Shown here in pieces: positions 13,919-27,146 of a stretch of DNA of 64,000 nucleotides. Source of the DNA: Macrostomum lignano (lineage: Eukaryota); NCBI GenBank assembly GCA_002269645.1, contig NIVC01000073.1:248001-312000 (forward strand). The letters are read 5' to 3'. Position numbers and translations under genes: made by a program. Numbering within the stretch: the first letter of the stretch is position 1; each line of letters begins with the position of its first letter. The notes under the pieces were generated by a model, which worked only from the letters and a program-made list of their open reading frames with translations, did not search any database and was not told the DNA's origin.

Positions 13919-16900
13919 ATGTCTAACAGATTTCTCATACCTGCATGGACAGCGAAATCTATAGTCTTCGTCTTCATCATAGTTACAGTTTTTGTAAGTG
14001 TTATAAATGCTATTTTGATTCGAATTATAAATTTAGGTTTAACTTTCTTGGGTAAAGTGCTTTCGGTACAAAATTCTAGAGTGAATCTCAGAGTGAATCC
14101 CAGAGTGCATCCCAGAGTAAATCCCGGATTAAATCCCGGAGTGCATCCCAGAGTGAACCCCAGAGTGAATCCAAAGTGAACCCCAGAGTGAATCCAGAGT
14201 GAACCCCAGAGTGAATCCAGAGTGAACCCCAGAGTGAATCCAGAGTGAACCCCAGAGTGAATCCAGAGTGAACCCCAGAGTGAATCCAGAGTGAATCCCA
14301 GAGTGAATCCCAGAGTGAATCCTAGAGTGAATCCCAGAGTGAATCCTAGAGTGAATCCCCGAGTGAATCCTAGAGTGAATCCCCGAGTGAATCCTAGAGT
14401 GAATCCCCGAGTGAATCCTAGAGTGAATCCCAGAGTGAATCCTAGAGTGAATCCCCGAGTGAATCCTAGAGTGAATCCCCGAGTGAATCCTAGAGTGAAT
14501 CCCCGAGTGAATCCTAGAGTGAATCCCAGAGTGAATCCCAGAGTGAATCCTAGAGTGAATCCCCGAGTGAATCCCAGATTGAATCCCAGATTGAATCCCA
14601 GAGTGAATCCCAGCGTGAATCCTAGAGTGAATCCCAGAGTGAATCCTAGAGTGAATCCCAGAGTGAATCCTAGAGTGAATCCCAGAGTGAATCCAAGAGT
14701 GAATCCCCGAGTGAATCCCCGAGTGAATCCCAGATTGAATCCCAGATTGAATCCCAGATTGAATCCCAGAGTGAATCCCAGCGTGAATCCTAGAGTGAAT
14801 CCCAGAGTGAATCCTAGAGTGAATCCCAGAGTGAATCCTAGAGTGAATCCCTGAGTGAATCCTAGAATGAATCCCCGAGTGAATCCCAGAGTGAATCCCA
14901 GAGTGAATACCAGAGTGAATCCCAGAGTGACTCCTAAATAACAATAAAGATTTAATAAAACAAGTACGCTCGAAGCCTAAGTATTTCGAAAGCAGTTTTG
15001 TTTAAACTATAAAAGACCTCCTTTCGCTCCGCCAGTCCTTGCCTTCAGGCGTCTCAGCTGGCGTCAAAATCCGAGTCCTCTTCATCAGCTATTCGAATCC
15101 CTATGGCAGGGATGCAGCTGGAGCTGACTGCGATCTCTGGAACAACGCCTGCGATCCTAAGTTCTCCATCACTATCTCCACTCCCGATGGGTGGGTGAAA
15201 CTGGATGAGGAATAGAGAGTAGAGTAGAGTAGAGTAGAGTAGAGTACAGTACAGTAGATTAGAGTAGAGTAGAGTAGCGTAGAGTAGAGTAGAGTAGAGT
15301 AGAGTAGAGTAGAGTAGAGTAGAGTAGAGTAGAGTAGAGTAGAGTAGAGTAGAGTAGAGCAGAGTAGAGTAGAGTAGAGTAGAGTAGAGTAGAGTAGAGT
15401 AGAGTAGAGTAGAGTAGAGTAGAGTAGAGTAGAGTAGGATAGAGTAGAGCAGAGTAGAGTAGAGTAGAGGAGAGTAGAGTAGAGTAGAGAAGTGTAGAGT
15501 AGAGTAGAGTAGAGTAGAGTAGAGTACTCTCCAGAGTGCAAAAGAGTAGCTAAGAGGAAACACTAGAAGAGCTGCACAAAGTTGAGTAGCAACTCATGCC
15601 TGCTTGAGTAGATGCAGAAGGCAGCTGTCTAAATTGATCCAAACACCTGCAGCCGCTCGAACTCCTGGACGACTGATCGCGCCTCGGATCAAAATGACGT
15701 GTACTTCGGCAACAAAGTGGTCGATATTGTCAACCCGCTTGAGATCCAACGGGACAAATATGATGTGAGCTGCCAGAGTCCTGAGTACAGATTAGCAATC
15801 CATTCTGTTCCTTCATCCAGCAGATATGGCTATAGATTAGCAATCCATTCTGTTCCTTCATCCAGCAGATACGGCTATAGATTAGCAATCCATTCTGTTC
15901 CTTCATCCAGCAGATATGGCTATAGATTAGCAATCCATTCTGTTCCTTCATCCAGCAGATATGGCTATAGATTAGCAATCCATTCTGTTCCTTCACCCAG
16001 CAGATATGGCTATAGATTAGCAATCCATTCTGTTCCTTCATCCAGCAGATATGGCTATAGATTAGCAATCCATTCTGTTCCTTCACCCAGCAGATATGGC
16101 TATAGATTAGCAATCCATTCTGTTCCTTCATCCAGCAGATATGGCTATAGATTAGCAATCCATTCTGTTCCTTCACCCAGCAGATATGGCTATAGATTAG
16201 CAATCCATTCTGTTCCTTCACCCAGCAGATATGGCTATAGATTAGCAATCCATTCTGTTCCTTCACCCAGCAGATACTCGTATGGCTATAGATTAGCAAT
16301 CCATTCTGTTCCTTCATCCAGCAGATACGGCTATAGATTAGCAATCCATTCTGTTCCTTCACCCAGCAGATATGGCTATAGATTAGCAATCCATTCTGTT
16401 CCTTCATCCAGCAGATATGGCTATAGATTAGCAATCCATTCTGTTCCTTCACCCAGCAGATACTCGTATGGCTATAGATTAGCAATCCATTCTGTTCCTT
16501 CATCCAGCAGATACGGCTATAGATTAGCAATCCATTCTGTTCCTTCACCCAGCAGATATGGCTATAGATTAGCAATCCATTCTATAGATTAGCAATCCAT
16601 TCTATAGATTAGCAATTCATTCTATAGATTAGCAATCCATTCTATAGATTAGCAATCCATTCTATAGATTAGCAATCCATTCTATAGATTAGCAATTCAT
16701 TCTATAGATTAGCAATCCATTCTATAGATTAGCAATCCATTCTATAGATTAGCAATCCATTCTATAGGTTAGCAATCCATTCTATAGATTAGCAATCCAT
16801 TCTATAGATTAGCAATCCATTCTATAGATTAGCAATCCATTCTATAGATTAGCAATCCATTCTATAGATTAGCAATCCATTCTATAGATTAGCAATCCAT

Positions 16901-19900
16901 TCTATAGATTAGCAATCCATTCTATAGATTAGCAATCCATTCTATAGATTAGCAATCCATTCTATAGATTAGCAATCCATTCTATAGATTAGCAATCCAT
17001 TCTATAGATTATCAAGCCACTGTCACCGCTACAGGGCCGGTTCACAATCCATGTGAAGGTGGACGATTTCGACCCAATAGGCGCCTGGGACTACATGGGC
17101 ACATTCGTGTACACATTCCTGGGAACTGCCGGACTCAATGGAGACTTCCGAAACGTCAAAGCAGTTCGACTGAATCCCGACGGCTTGTCCGGAGCTACGT
17201 GAGTTAGACTGTTAGTTTTAATTTAATTTTATAGTTTAATGAACTAACCAACTTGCCAAATAACATGCTAATACTTTCAAGAGCATTTATAACGTTAAAG
17301 TACATCCCTCTTCGTGTCTAAAACTTTGGGGGTGTGTGTATGATGAAAACATCCTTCATATATATTCATGGCACCTTGGGGTCACACGTTGAAGGAGCCG
17401 ATGGCGTCGGGGTGATGACAGACTTGCTGAGAATGTCCAGCAAGTGAGGCCTGTCCAGAGACCAGGGAAATTCGCAATAGGGTGTCTATTGCCCAAAATC
17501 ACCTGAAGTGACCTGTTGAAGGTCCTGAAGCTTAAGAAAAGGTCAATGGGCGCCAGCACCAGGGGCGCCAGCACCAGGGGCGCCAGCACCAGGGGCGCCA
17601 GCACCAGGGGCGCCAGCACCAGGGGCGCCAGCACCAGGGGCGCCAGCACCAGGGGCGCCAGCACCAGGGGCGCCAGCACCAGGGGCGCCAGCACCAGGGG
17701 CGCCAGCACCAGGGGCGCCAGCACCAGGGGCGCCAGCACCAGGGGCGCCAGCACCAGGGGCGCCAGCACCAGGGGCGCCAGCACCAGGGGCGCCAGCACC
17801 AGGGGCGCCAGCACCAGGGGCGCCAGCACCAGGGGCGCCAGCACCAGGGGCGCCAGCACCAGGGGCGCCAGCACCAGGGGCGCCAGCACCAGGGGCGCCA
17901 GCACCAGGGGCGCCAGCACCAGGGGCGCCAGCACCAGGGGCGCCAGCACCAGGGGCGCCAGCACCAGGGGCGCCAGCACCAGGGGCGCCAGCACCAGGGG
18001 CGCCAGCACCAGGGGCGCCAGCACCAGGGGCGCCAGCACCAGGGGCGCCAGCACCAGGGGCGCCAGCACCAGGGGCGCCAGCACCAGGGGCGCCAGCACC
18101 AGGGGCGCCAGCACCAGGGGCGCCAGCATCTCTCGCAGTTTTTAAATAGGCTGTACCATAGACTATGACAAAGCAAGTACTTATTAGCTACTTATCAACT
18201 CCACAGTAAGCATTAAGTTGTTTGCTAAATGCTCTGTGTGCAAAGCCAAGATAAAAAAATGCATATTGAGATTTGAATAGACTGCAGACAGTGATATTTC
18301 GCTCTCAGTTTCTATAATCCGACAGGCACTAAACCTTACTAGCTAAGAAATCTTCTCTTTCTTCGACGCAGGCTTACACTGGAACTATCCGTGGCCTGTT
18401 TAGAAAATTTCTACTCAACCGATTGTACCAAGTACTGCGTGGCAGGCAATGACGATTCATCTGGACATTACACCTGCAGCCCTGCCGGTGGCAAGCTCTG
18501 TTTACCCAGTGAGTTGGTGGCGACCTCTCTGTTGCAGCAAACAGGCAAACAGAGAGATAACTAACATAGAATCCTAATTTTCCAAACGAAAGCTCTAGCT
18601 TTATAATAATTTTTGTGCTGAAAGAATGAGCACCTCTTATCTCTGTAGTGTATTTTTTTCGAAAAAAACCTGCCTCCCTAAAATTTTCCTAGAAATGTAG
18701 TTTCCCGTACTTCAACTTGAGTAGTCCATGCCTTCCGGCTAGCAACTTTCCGGCTGGCAAAGTTCGTGCTCCCTGTGAGCACATATCAAACACCTTGAGC
18801 ACACATCGAAATCTGTGAGCACACACCGGAATCTGTGGGCACACACCAGAATTTGTGAGCACACACCGGAATCTGTGAGCACACACTAGAATCTGTGAGC
18901 ACACACCAGAATCTGTGAGCACACACTAGAGCCTGTGAGCACACACCAGAATCTGTGAGCACACACTAGAGCCTGTGAGCACACACCAGAATCTGTGAGC
19001 ACACACCAGAATTTGTGAGCACACACCAGAATTTGTGAGCACACACTAGAATCTGTGAGCACACACCAGAATCTGTGAGCACACACCGGAATCTGTGGGC
19101 ACACACCAGAATTTGTGAGCACACACCGGAATCTGTGAGCACACACCGGAATCTGTGAGCACACACCGGAATCTGTGGGCACACACCAGAATTTGTGAGC
19201 ACACACCGGAATCTGTGAGCACACACCGGAATCTGTGAGCACACACCGGAATCTGTGAGCACACACCAGAATCTGTGAGCACACACCGGAATCTGTGAGC
19301 ACACACCGGAATCTGTGAGCACACACTGGAATCTGTGAGCACACACCGGAATCTGTGAGCACACACCGGAATCTGTGAGCACACACCGGAATCTGTGAGC
19401 ACGCACAAATTACAGAAAATATCACTATTGCAACTCAATGATTCTGCAGCCTACGATCCAGTCAGCTCGTGCCGTCAGACCTACTGCGCCAGCCGAACTC
19501 CCTGCAAAAATAACGGCACGTGCGCCAACTTGGACTCGGGATTCGCTTGCGAATGCGTCGGTCTGTGGGGAGGTGAGCAAGTTTGGTGCATATTACTGAT
19601 AGTAGCACAATGGCATTTAAGTTGATTTTCTCATACTTCGCCTAAAATTAGGCCCAACATGCGAGACAAAACTGTCAGCCTGCGACTCACCGGATACTCC
19701 GTGTCGCAACAACGGTACCTGCATTCCCGGCACAGGCGCCGGAGGTTGCAGCTGCACCCCCGGGTTCAACGGCACCTTCTGCGAGTCGGACATCGACGAG
19801 TGCGCGGCCTCGCCGCCAGTTTGCCAACATGCCAGCGCCTGTCTCAACCAGTTCGGCACCTACAGCTGCCACTGCTTGGCTGGATGGACGGGAAAAAACT

Positions 19901-22900
19901 GCACTGAGGATGTTGACGAATGCAAACTCACCAACGCTTGCTTCAATGGTGGCACCTGTGTGAACTCGCCTCCAGGTAGGCTAATGCAAACCTGATGAAA
20001 TCTAGATCTTAAATGCATGTACATACGAAGGTAGTGTAGCATATGGGCTCAGAATTGTACGAAAATCATTCACCATGTGGCCTCAGAAACCTCCCGCAAG
20101 TCAATGCAGCAACATGAAACATGTGGCCTCAGAAACCTCCCGCAAGTCGATGCAACAACATGAAACATGTGGCCTCAGAAACCTCCCGCAAGTCGATGCA
20201 ACAACATGAAACATGTGGCCTCAGAAACCTCCCGCAAGTCGATGCAGCAACATGAAACATGTGGCCTCAGAAACCTCCCGCAAGTCGATGCAGCAACATG
20301 AAACATGTGGCCTCAGAAACCTCCCGCAAGTCGATGCAACAACATGAAACATCTGGCCTCAGAAACCTCCCGCAAGTCGATGCAACAACATGAAACATGT
20401 GGCCTCAGAAACCTCCCGCAAGTCGATGCAGCAACATGAAACATGTGGCCTCAGAAACCTCCCGCAAGTCGATGCAACAACATGAAACATGTGGCCTCAG
20501 AAACCTCCCGCAAGTCGATGCAACAACATGAAACATGTGGCCTCAGAAACCTCCCGCAAGTCGATGCAACAACATGAAACATGTGGCCTCAGAAACCTCC
20601 CGCAAGTCGATGCAGCAACATGAAACATGTGGCCTCAGAAACCTCCCGCAAGTCGATGCAACAACATGAAACATGTGGCCTCAGAAACCTCCCGCAAGTC
20701 GATGCAGCAACATGAAACATGTGGCCTCAGAAACCTCCCGCAAGTCGATGCAACAACATGAAACATGTGGCCTCAGAAACCTACTGCAAGTCGATGCAAC
20801 AACATGAAACATGTGGCCTCAGAAACCTCCCGCAAGTCGATGCAACAACATGAAACATGTGGCCTCAGAAACCTACTGCAAGTCGATGCAACAACATGAA
20901 ACATGTGGCCTCAGAAACCTCCCGCAAGTCGATGCAATAACATGAAACATGTAGCCTCAAAATCACCTGCAAAGTGTTGTAACAGTCGCGGAAAAAGTAC
21001 CTAGATAAAACTTCTTGCCACTCAGATCAAGCATCAATTTCTTTCTCAGGTAACTTCACCTGCCAGTGCGCAAAAGGATTTAGCGGACCCCGTTGTGAGC
21101 AGGACATCGACGAGTGCTCAGCCAGTACAGACGGACCCTGCAAAACCGACGGCAGTCAGGTATGCCGCAACCTGCACGGCAGTTTCACCTGTCTGTGCAC
21201 CATGGGCTGGTCCGGTGTCAATTGCACCTCGCGCTACCAGACGGAAGCGGAACTGTCAGCTGCCAATAACAACCGATTGCTGGTTGGGCTGCTTGTGCCC
21301 GCTCTGCTGCTGGCCATTGCTGCCGTGGTGGTCTTCTTTGCCTACCGGTTGATCAGGAGCCGTCGTCACCAAGCCGCCGAGGGTCGTAGCGTTGACCATC
21401 TGACTCAATCGACCCGAACCGGGCACTCGTCAGCGATCAGCATTGACAATGCCTCGTACGCTTACTCCGTTGCTGGCTTGCACAGCGGTTCTGGAGCGGA
21501 TTGTCCGTATGAGGACGCTGAGGCGCAATATGCCAAGGTTTGTGTTTTGATTTGACTGAGTCTCACTTAGCCCAAAACAAATTAGAAATTATAGTTGAGC
21601 AAGTAACCAAATTCTTGTGAGAGCTTCGAGGTTTAATTGCTGAGCTGCCAATTGGCTCAATGGGGAGTTGCTGAGCTGCCAATTGGCTCAATGGGGAGTT
21701 GCTGAGATGCCATGGCTCAATGGCTCAATGGGGAGTTGCTGAGATGCCATGGCTCAATGGCTCAATGGGGAGTTGCTGAGATGCCATGGCTCTATGGGGA
21801 GTTGCTGAGCTGCCAATTGGCTCAATGGGGAGTTGCTGAGATGCCATGGGTCAATGGCTCAATGGGGAGTTGCTGAGATGCCATGGGTCAATGGCTCAAT
21901 GGGGAGTTGCTGAGATGCCATGGCTCAATGGCTCAATGGGGAGTTGCTGAGATGCCATGGCTCAATGGCTCAATGGGGAGTTGCTGAGCTGCCAATTGGC
22001 TCAATGGTGAGTTGCTGAGATGCCATGGCTCAATGGCTCAATGGGGAGTTGCTGAGATGCCATGGCTCAATGGCTCAATGGGGAGTTGCTGAGATGCCAT
22101 GGCTCAATGGCTCAATGGGGAGTTGCTGAGATGCCATGGCTCAATGGCTCAATGGGGAGTTGCTGAGATGCCATGGCTCAATGGCTCAATGGGGAGTTGC
22201 TGAGCTGCCAATTGGCTCAATGGGGAGTTGCTGAGATGCCAATTGGCTCAATGGGAGTTGCTGAGCTGCCAATTGGCTCAATGGATAGTTGCTGAGATGC
22301 CATGGCTCAATGGGGAGTTGCTGAGATGCCATGGCTCAATGGGGAGTTGCTGAGATTCCATGGCTCAATGGGGAGTTGCTGAGATGCCATGGCTCAATGG
22401 GGAGTTGCTGAGATTCCATGGCTCAATGGGGAGTTGCTGAGATGCCAATTCATTCAATGGGAAGTTGCTGAGATGCCAATTGATTCAATACGGAGTTGCT
22501 GAGATGCCATGGCTCAATGGCTCGATGGGGGAGTTGCTCTGAGATGCCATGGCTCAATGGAGATGCGGATCTCTTAGACAAGATGCGAGCTAACTTGACG
22601 CCTTTTCTAATTGCTAAGAAACAACAATGGAGATTTTACAAGGCTTCTTGCATTAAAAACTTTTTTATAGAAGAGATTTTAGCTTTATTTGTTGCCAACG
22701 GGACCTAAGATTATTAGTGATACTGTCATAATAAATCAGGTGCAGTCGCTGCCTAGAAACGGCAGTGAGGACACCTACAACAACGTGGTCTGTCGCGAGT
22801 CGCCGCCAGTGTTCAGGGCACCGCCGCTGCCGCCGAAACGGCTTGTGGAGCATCGGGCGGCGGCAACATCAAACGATGCCGACAATGAAAGGCAAGCTGG

Positions 22901-22949
22901 CGGCGGGTATGAAGAGATGACCCCTGAGTTACAGGAAAGCGAGCTGTAA
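13919..22949 (+). CDS. Delta-like (DSL family) Notch-ligand-type membrane protein, 595 aa: signal peptide, MNNL/C2-like N-terminus, DSL, 5 EGF, TM, cytoplasmic tail
   Basis: Nine phase-consistent GT-AG exons: 13919-13993, 15036-15190, 15653-15764, 17035-17198, 18372-18508, 19450-19572, 19652-19975, 21050-21537, 22740-22949 (1788 nt). Motifs: IRVLFISYSNPYGRDAAGADCD (MNNL-like start); CLENFYSTDCTKYCVAGNDDSSGHYTCSPAGGKLC (DSL); three D(I/V)DEC Ca-binding EGF repeats among five EGF; TM LLVGLLVPALLLAIAAVVVFFAY; C-terminus ESEL; AATAAA near 22990. Confidence 0.9.
14075..14935. repeat. Intronic minisatellite, 12-bp unit GAGTGAATCCCA (Delta-like intron 1)
   Basis: Direct reading; NPRV and IHSG artefact ORFs. 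Confidence 0.95.
15215..15530. repeat. (AGAGT)n pentanucleotide microsatellite (Delta-like intron 2)
   Basis: Direct reading. Confidence 0.95.
15785..17010. repeat. Intronic compound minisatellite: 45-bp unit followed by its 20-bp sub-unit TATAGATTAGCAATCCATTC (Delta-like intron 3)
   Basis: Period 45 up to about 16575, period 20 thereafter. Confidence 0.95.
17547..18127. repeat. Essentially perfect 15-bp minisatellite GGGGCGCCAGCACCA (Delta-like intron 4)
   Basis: Lines 17581-18061 are identical to one another. Confidence 0.98.
18775..19405. repeat. Intronic minisatellite, 20-bp unit ACACACCGGAATCTGTGAGC (Delta-like intron 5)
   Basis: Direct reading. Confidence 0.95.
20070..20960. repeat. 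Intronic minisatellite, 46-bp unit (Delta-like intron 7)
   Basis: ATGTGGCCTC at 20121, 20167 and onward. Confidence 0.95.
21635..22560. repeat. Intronic minisatellite, about 29-37-bp unit GGCTCAATGGGGAGTTGCTGAGATGCCAT (Delta-like intron 8)
   Basis: Direct reading; an 8-bp GGCTCAAT sub-duplication is variably present. Confidence 0.93.
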
Positions 22950-23911
22950 TTCCTAAGGTCAGAAAATGTGACCGGTCGATTTTATTTTTAATAAAGGTGG
23001 TAAAATGTACTTTTAGTTTGCCACATGCGATTTTGGTGAGTTAAATACCTATGCAGAACTTTTTTGCGTTCTTGTTGGTATTAAAGATATTCATTCTGCT
23101 TACTGCAAGTAGAAACTGTAGAAAAATTTATCGAGTTTTATTTTCTATTTTTTGTGATATTACTGTGATATTATTGTTGTGATATTGTGTACAAATATTC
23201 AATGTACATCGTTTTAAATAGTAAAGGATCCTTTGTTCACTTATAATTTTGTATTGTTTTTTGTTTAATTTTTTCTACAAAAACTATTACTTCTTCACAG
23301 ATTTTTTCTAAAAAATCATAAATCATATTCATTTTATTTCATTTTTCTGTGTCCCGCTTAGCCAACTTATATAGTTGTAATTAGCTGGTTTCATCTTTAA
23401 AACCTTTTAAAGAGGATTTTCAAAAGCTAATTCTATGCGCTGGATAACTCCAGGTCAAGAAATTCTATGATTCGGGATCGGTGTCTTTTCGGGTAGCATT
23501 TCGGAATAAGAAATATGAAGAGAACCCTTTCCAGAGTCTAGTTTTAGTACACCATGATAGTTAGACTAGAGCATCGCCAGATTCCTAGAACTTTCGAACT
23601 CCTTGGGCTTTTTTTCTGGCTTCATTTTTATTGATTTTCTGTCTTGACTAACAAAAAAGTCTTGAATACATGATTTTGAATACTAGATTTCCTCTCCAAG
23701 CTCTAGGATTAGAAGTCCATGGGCGTGTGCTAGAGAACAGAGAGCACATCAAATACGACTCGTCTCTAATCCTCGTTGCTTGCCTCTCAAATTATCTATA
23801 TGGTTGCTAGGTAGATTTTTCGTACAGAACCCTGCCATGCCCCTCCTGTTTCATTACTTTCCATTTTTTTGTTCTCCATATTTGGGCTGAGATGGGAGAC
23901 ACGGGAAGCGT

Positions 23912-23913
<2 letters not shown>

Positions 23914-23990
<77 letters not shown>
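23914..23990. repeat. (GA)n microsatellite
   Basis: Direct reading. Confidence 0.95.
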
Positions 23991-23993
<3 letters not shown>

Positions 23994-24098
23994 GAGGACT
24001 CGGGACGGGGCGAGAGTTAGGTGATGAAGGAGAGGAGGCTGTGGGAGATGAGGCCGAAAGGTTGGCGTGGCAACTGCTCCCCAGGGACGTAGAGGAGG

Positions 24099-24129
<31 letters not shown>

Positions 24130-24861
24130 CCGAGAGGAGAACAGCCTTCCTCATTCCATTCTCATCCTCAATTCCCAAGTCTTCCCATCCCATCCCGATC
24201 AGGCGAAGTTCTCCCATGCTACTAAGGCCGTTCGTGTCAATCGCCCCCGTCCCTGCCCTCCCGCCGTCGGCGGAAGTCCCTGCAGTTGCAGCTCCTCCCT
24301 TCTCCCCCCACATCCCCGAGATAAGAGAAATTTATCGATCTGAGGCTGGGGAGAGATTTGGGAAGCTGGGCTGGGATGCAGGAGGCAAAGGAGAAGGAGC
24401 TCACTCAGTGCTTCTCCCCTCTCTCTCAATACTGGGAGCTCCTCACTGTCGAAGAGGCCTACGCTGTGCAAGCATCCTCTCCACCCGAGCCAACCCCGCC
24501 TAGCGCAAAATCCACAAAAGCCGCTGCACCAGGAATTCCCCTTCCCTTCGCTTATCCGCTGCTTAATTCAATTCCGAAATTTTTCAGCTGAAACCGACTG
24601 CATAGGTTTCTGCCTGAGAGCACAGCGCGCACCTACCGCTCCGATTGTTTCCTACTGCTGAAGTCGGAACTTGAACGTAAAGTTTTTAGAAGGTAAGCTT
24701 TTAATCTCGCGAGCGCATGTAGGAATATATCTGTCTATAGAGTCAGCTGATAAGACGCTACAGTTAAAGATAAATACGACTGTATAAACTCTATACACTG
24801 CAGCACTTATCTGACATTACACACACGGTCCAACATATTACAGAGGCCGAGTACCTTGCGC

Positions 24862-27146
24862 ATGACGCCTCTACTAGTGAACATTGCGGCCGTGTGCTCG
24901 CTGCTGGCGATGCCGCTGGTGCTGACCTCGGTGGCTTCGGCACCGGCCGCCAGCGACAGCAACGTCATGGACCTCTTGATGCCGGGCGTGTCGCCCAAGC
25001 AGGAGGACACCTACCTGTGCACGGCTGTGAAACTCGACAAGAACCGCTACATCCGGGCCTTCAATCCGCAGCATCAGTCCGGACACGCTCACCACATCAT
25101 CCTGACCGCCTGCAAGGAGCCCGGCTCGGCCACCGAGAAAGTCTGGAACTGCGGCGAGATGCTCACCAAGTCGGAGGGAGCTGCCGGTGATAAAACCTAC
25201 AAGCAGGCGCCTCAGTGCGCCAGCGACACCCGCATCATCTACGCCTACGCCATGGACGCTCCGGCTTTGCAGCTGCCCGACGGTGTGACTTTTGGCGTTG
25301 GGCCCGGCTTTGACCTGCCCTGGCTAGTCGTGCAGGTGCACTATAAGAAGGTAAGTCTTTTGAATTTATAATGCTATTCGACGTTAGAAAGCAGAAGTCG
25401 AAAATCGTAAAGACAAACATCAAAGAGAAAAGATAAAATCTGAGTAGAGAAATATCAAGATCGTAGAGGGACACATCCAAGATCGTAGAGGGACGCATCA
25501 AAGATCGTAGAGGGACGCATCAAAGATCGTAGAGGGACGCATCAAAGATCGTAGAGGGACGCATCAAGGATGTAGAGGGACACATCCAAGATCGTAGAGG
25601 GACACATCAAGATCGTAGAGGGACACATCAAGATCGTAGAGGGACACATCCAAGATCGTAGAGGGACACATCCAAGATCGTAGAGGGACGCATCAAAGAT
25701 CGTAGAGGGACGCATCAAAGATCGTAGAGGGACGCATCAAAGATCGTAGAGGGACGCATCAAGGATGTAGAGGGACACATCCAAGATCGTAGAGGGACAC
25801 ATCAAAGATCGTAGAGGGACACATCCAAGATCGTAGAGGGACGCATCAAAGATCGTAGAGGGACGCATCAAAGATCGTAGAGGGACGCATCAAAGATCGT
25901 AGAGGGACGCATCAAAGATCGTAGAGGGACGCATCAAAGATCGTAGAGGGACGCATCAAAGATCGTATAGGGACGCATCAAAGATCGTAGAGGGACGCAT
26001 CAAGGATGTAGAGGGACACATCCAAGATCGTAGAGGGACACCTCAAGATCGTAGAGGGACACATCAAAGATCGTAGAGGGACGCATCAAAGATCGTAGAG
26101 GGACGCATCAAGGATCGTAGAAGGACACATCAAATATCGTAGAGAAACACATCAATATCGTAGAGAAACACATCAATATCGTAGAGAAACACATCAAGAT
26201 CGTAGAGGAACACATCAAAGATCGTATAGGGACACATCAAGATCGTAGAGGGACACATCAAAGATCGTATAGGGACACATCAAGATCGTAGAGGGACACA
26301 TCAAAGATCGTATAGGGACACATCAAGATCGTAGAGGGACACATCAAATATCGTGGAGGAACACTATTCAGAGATAAGAGAGACATCAAATATGAGAAAA
26401 AATCAACCTCTCCCCAAACGCAGGCCTCCGATTTCGTCAAGAACCCCAGCCTGAAGGACAACTCCGGCGTGAAAATGACCTACCAGACGACTCCGTCGCC
26501 GAAACTCGGCGGTGTGCACATCTCACTAACTGACGGTGTTATCCCGGCGCACTCGGTGACGCACATGGAGACGAGCTGCAGTTACGACGGCCAGACCACA
26601 CTGCACCCGTTCGCTTTCCGCACGCACACCCACAGCCACGGTCGCGTGGTGAGCGGCTACCGCGTTCGCGACGGCCACTGGAGCCTCATCGGTTCGGCCA
26701 ATCCGCAGATGCCCCAGATGTTCTACCCAGTGAACGGCAGCGGCGTCATCAGGCCTGGCGACATGCTGGCGGCCAAGTGCGTCATGGAGAACACCGGCGA
26801 CAAGGACGTGAGCATCGGCGCTACCCAGAAGGACGAGATGTGCAACTTCTACATGATGTACTGGATTCGAGCTGACGATGTCGGCAAGGACGGCAGCAGG
26901 ATGTGCTACACCAGCGGCGAGCTGTGGGACCTGGCCCCGTCTAGCGTGATGGCCGCCTCCGCTACCGTGCCCGGCACCGAACGAGTCTTCCGCGAGATGA
27001 ACCGCGAGATGGACCGCATGGACCGCATGATGAAACAGATGCTTCTGAACGGCGAGCGAGCCGCCAGCGGGATCGACATGCCCGGATTCGAGGACGAGGC
27101 CAACGAGTTCTACGCTGACCAGCCGGAGGACTTCATCGAGTTTTGA
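24862..27146 (+). CDS. PHM: Peptidylglycine alpha-hydroxylating monooxygenase (monofunctional PHM), 403 aa
   Basis: Two exons, 24862-25350 and 26424-27146 (phase 0, gtaagt/cag). Signal peptide; DTYLC, HAHH and VHY (CuH ligands); FRTHTH and DEMCNFY (CuM ligands); NPQMPQMFYP. Stop follows an acidic tail, with no PAL domain. Confidence 0.95.
25455..26345. repeat. Intronic minisatellite, 21-22-bp unit ACGCATCAAAGATCGTAGAGGG (PHM intron)
   Basis: Direct reading. Confidence 0.95.

Noticed and set aside
15054-15563. Minus-strand ORF ending DEEDSDFDAS
   Set aside because: Antisense to Delta-like exon 2 plus the (AGAGT)n tract.
24017-24591. Cluster of short GC-rich ORFs upstream of PHM
   Set aside because: No consistent frame, motif or splice chain; may be UTR/promoter or decayed repeat.
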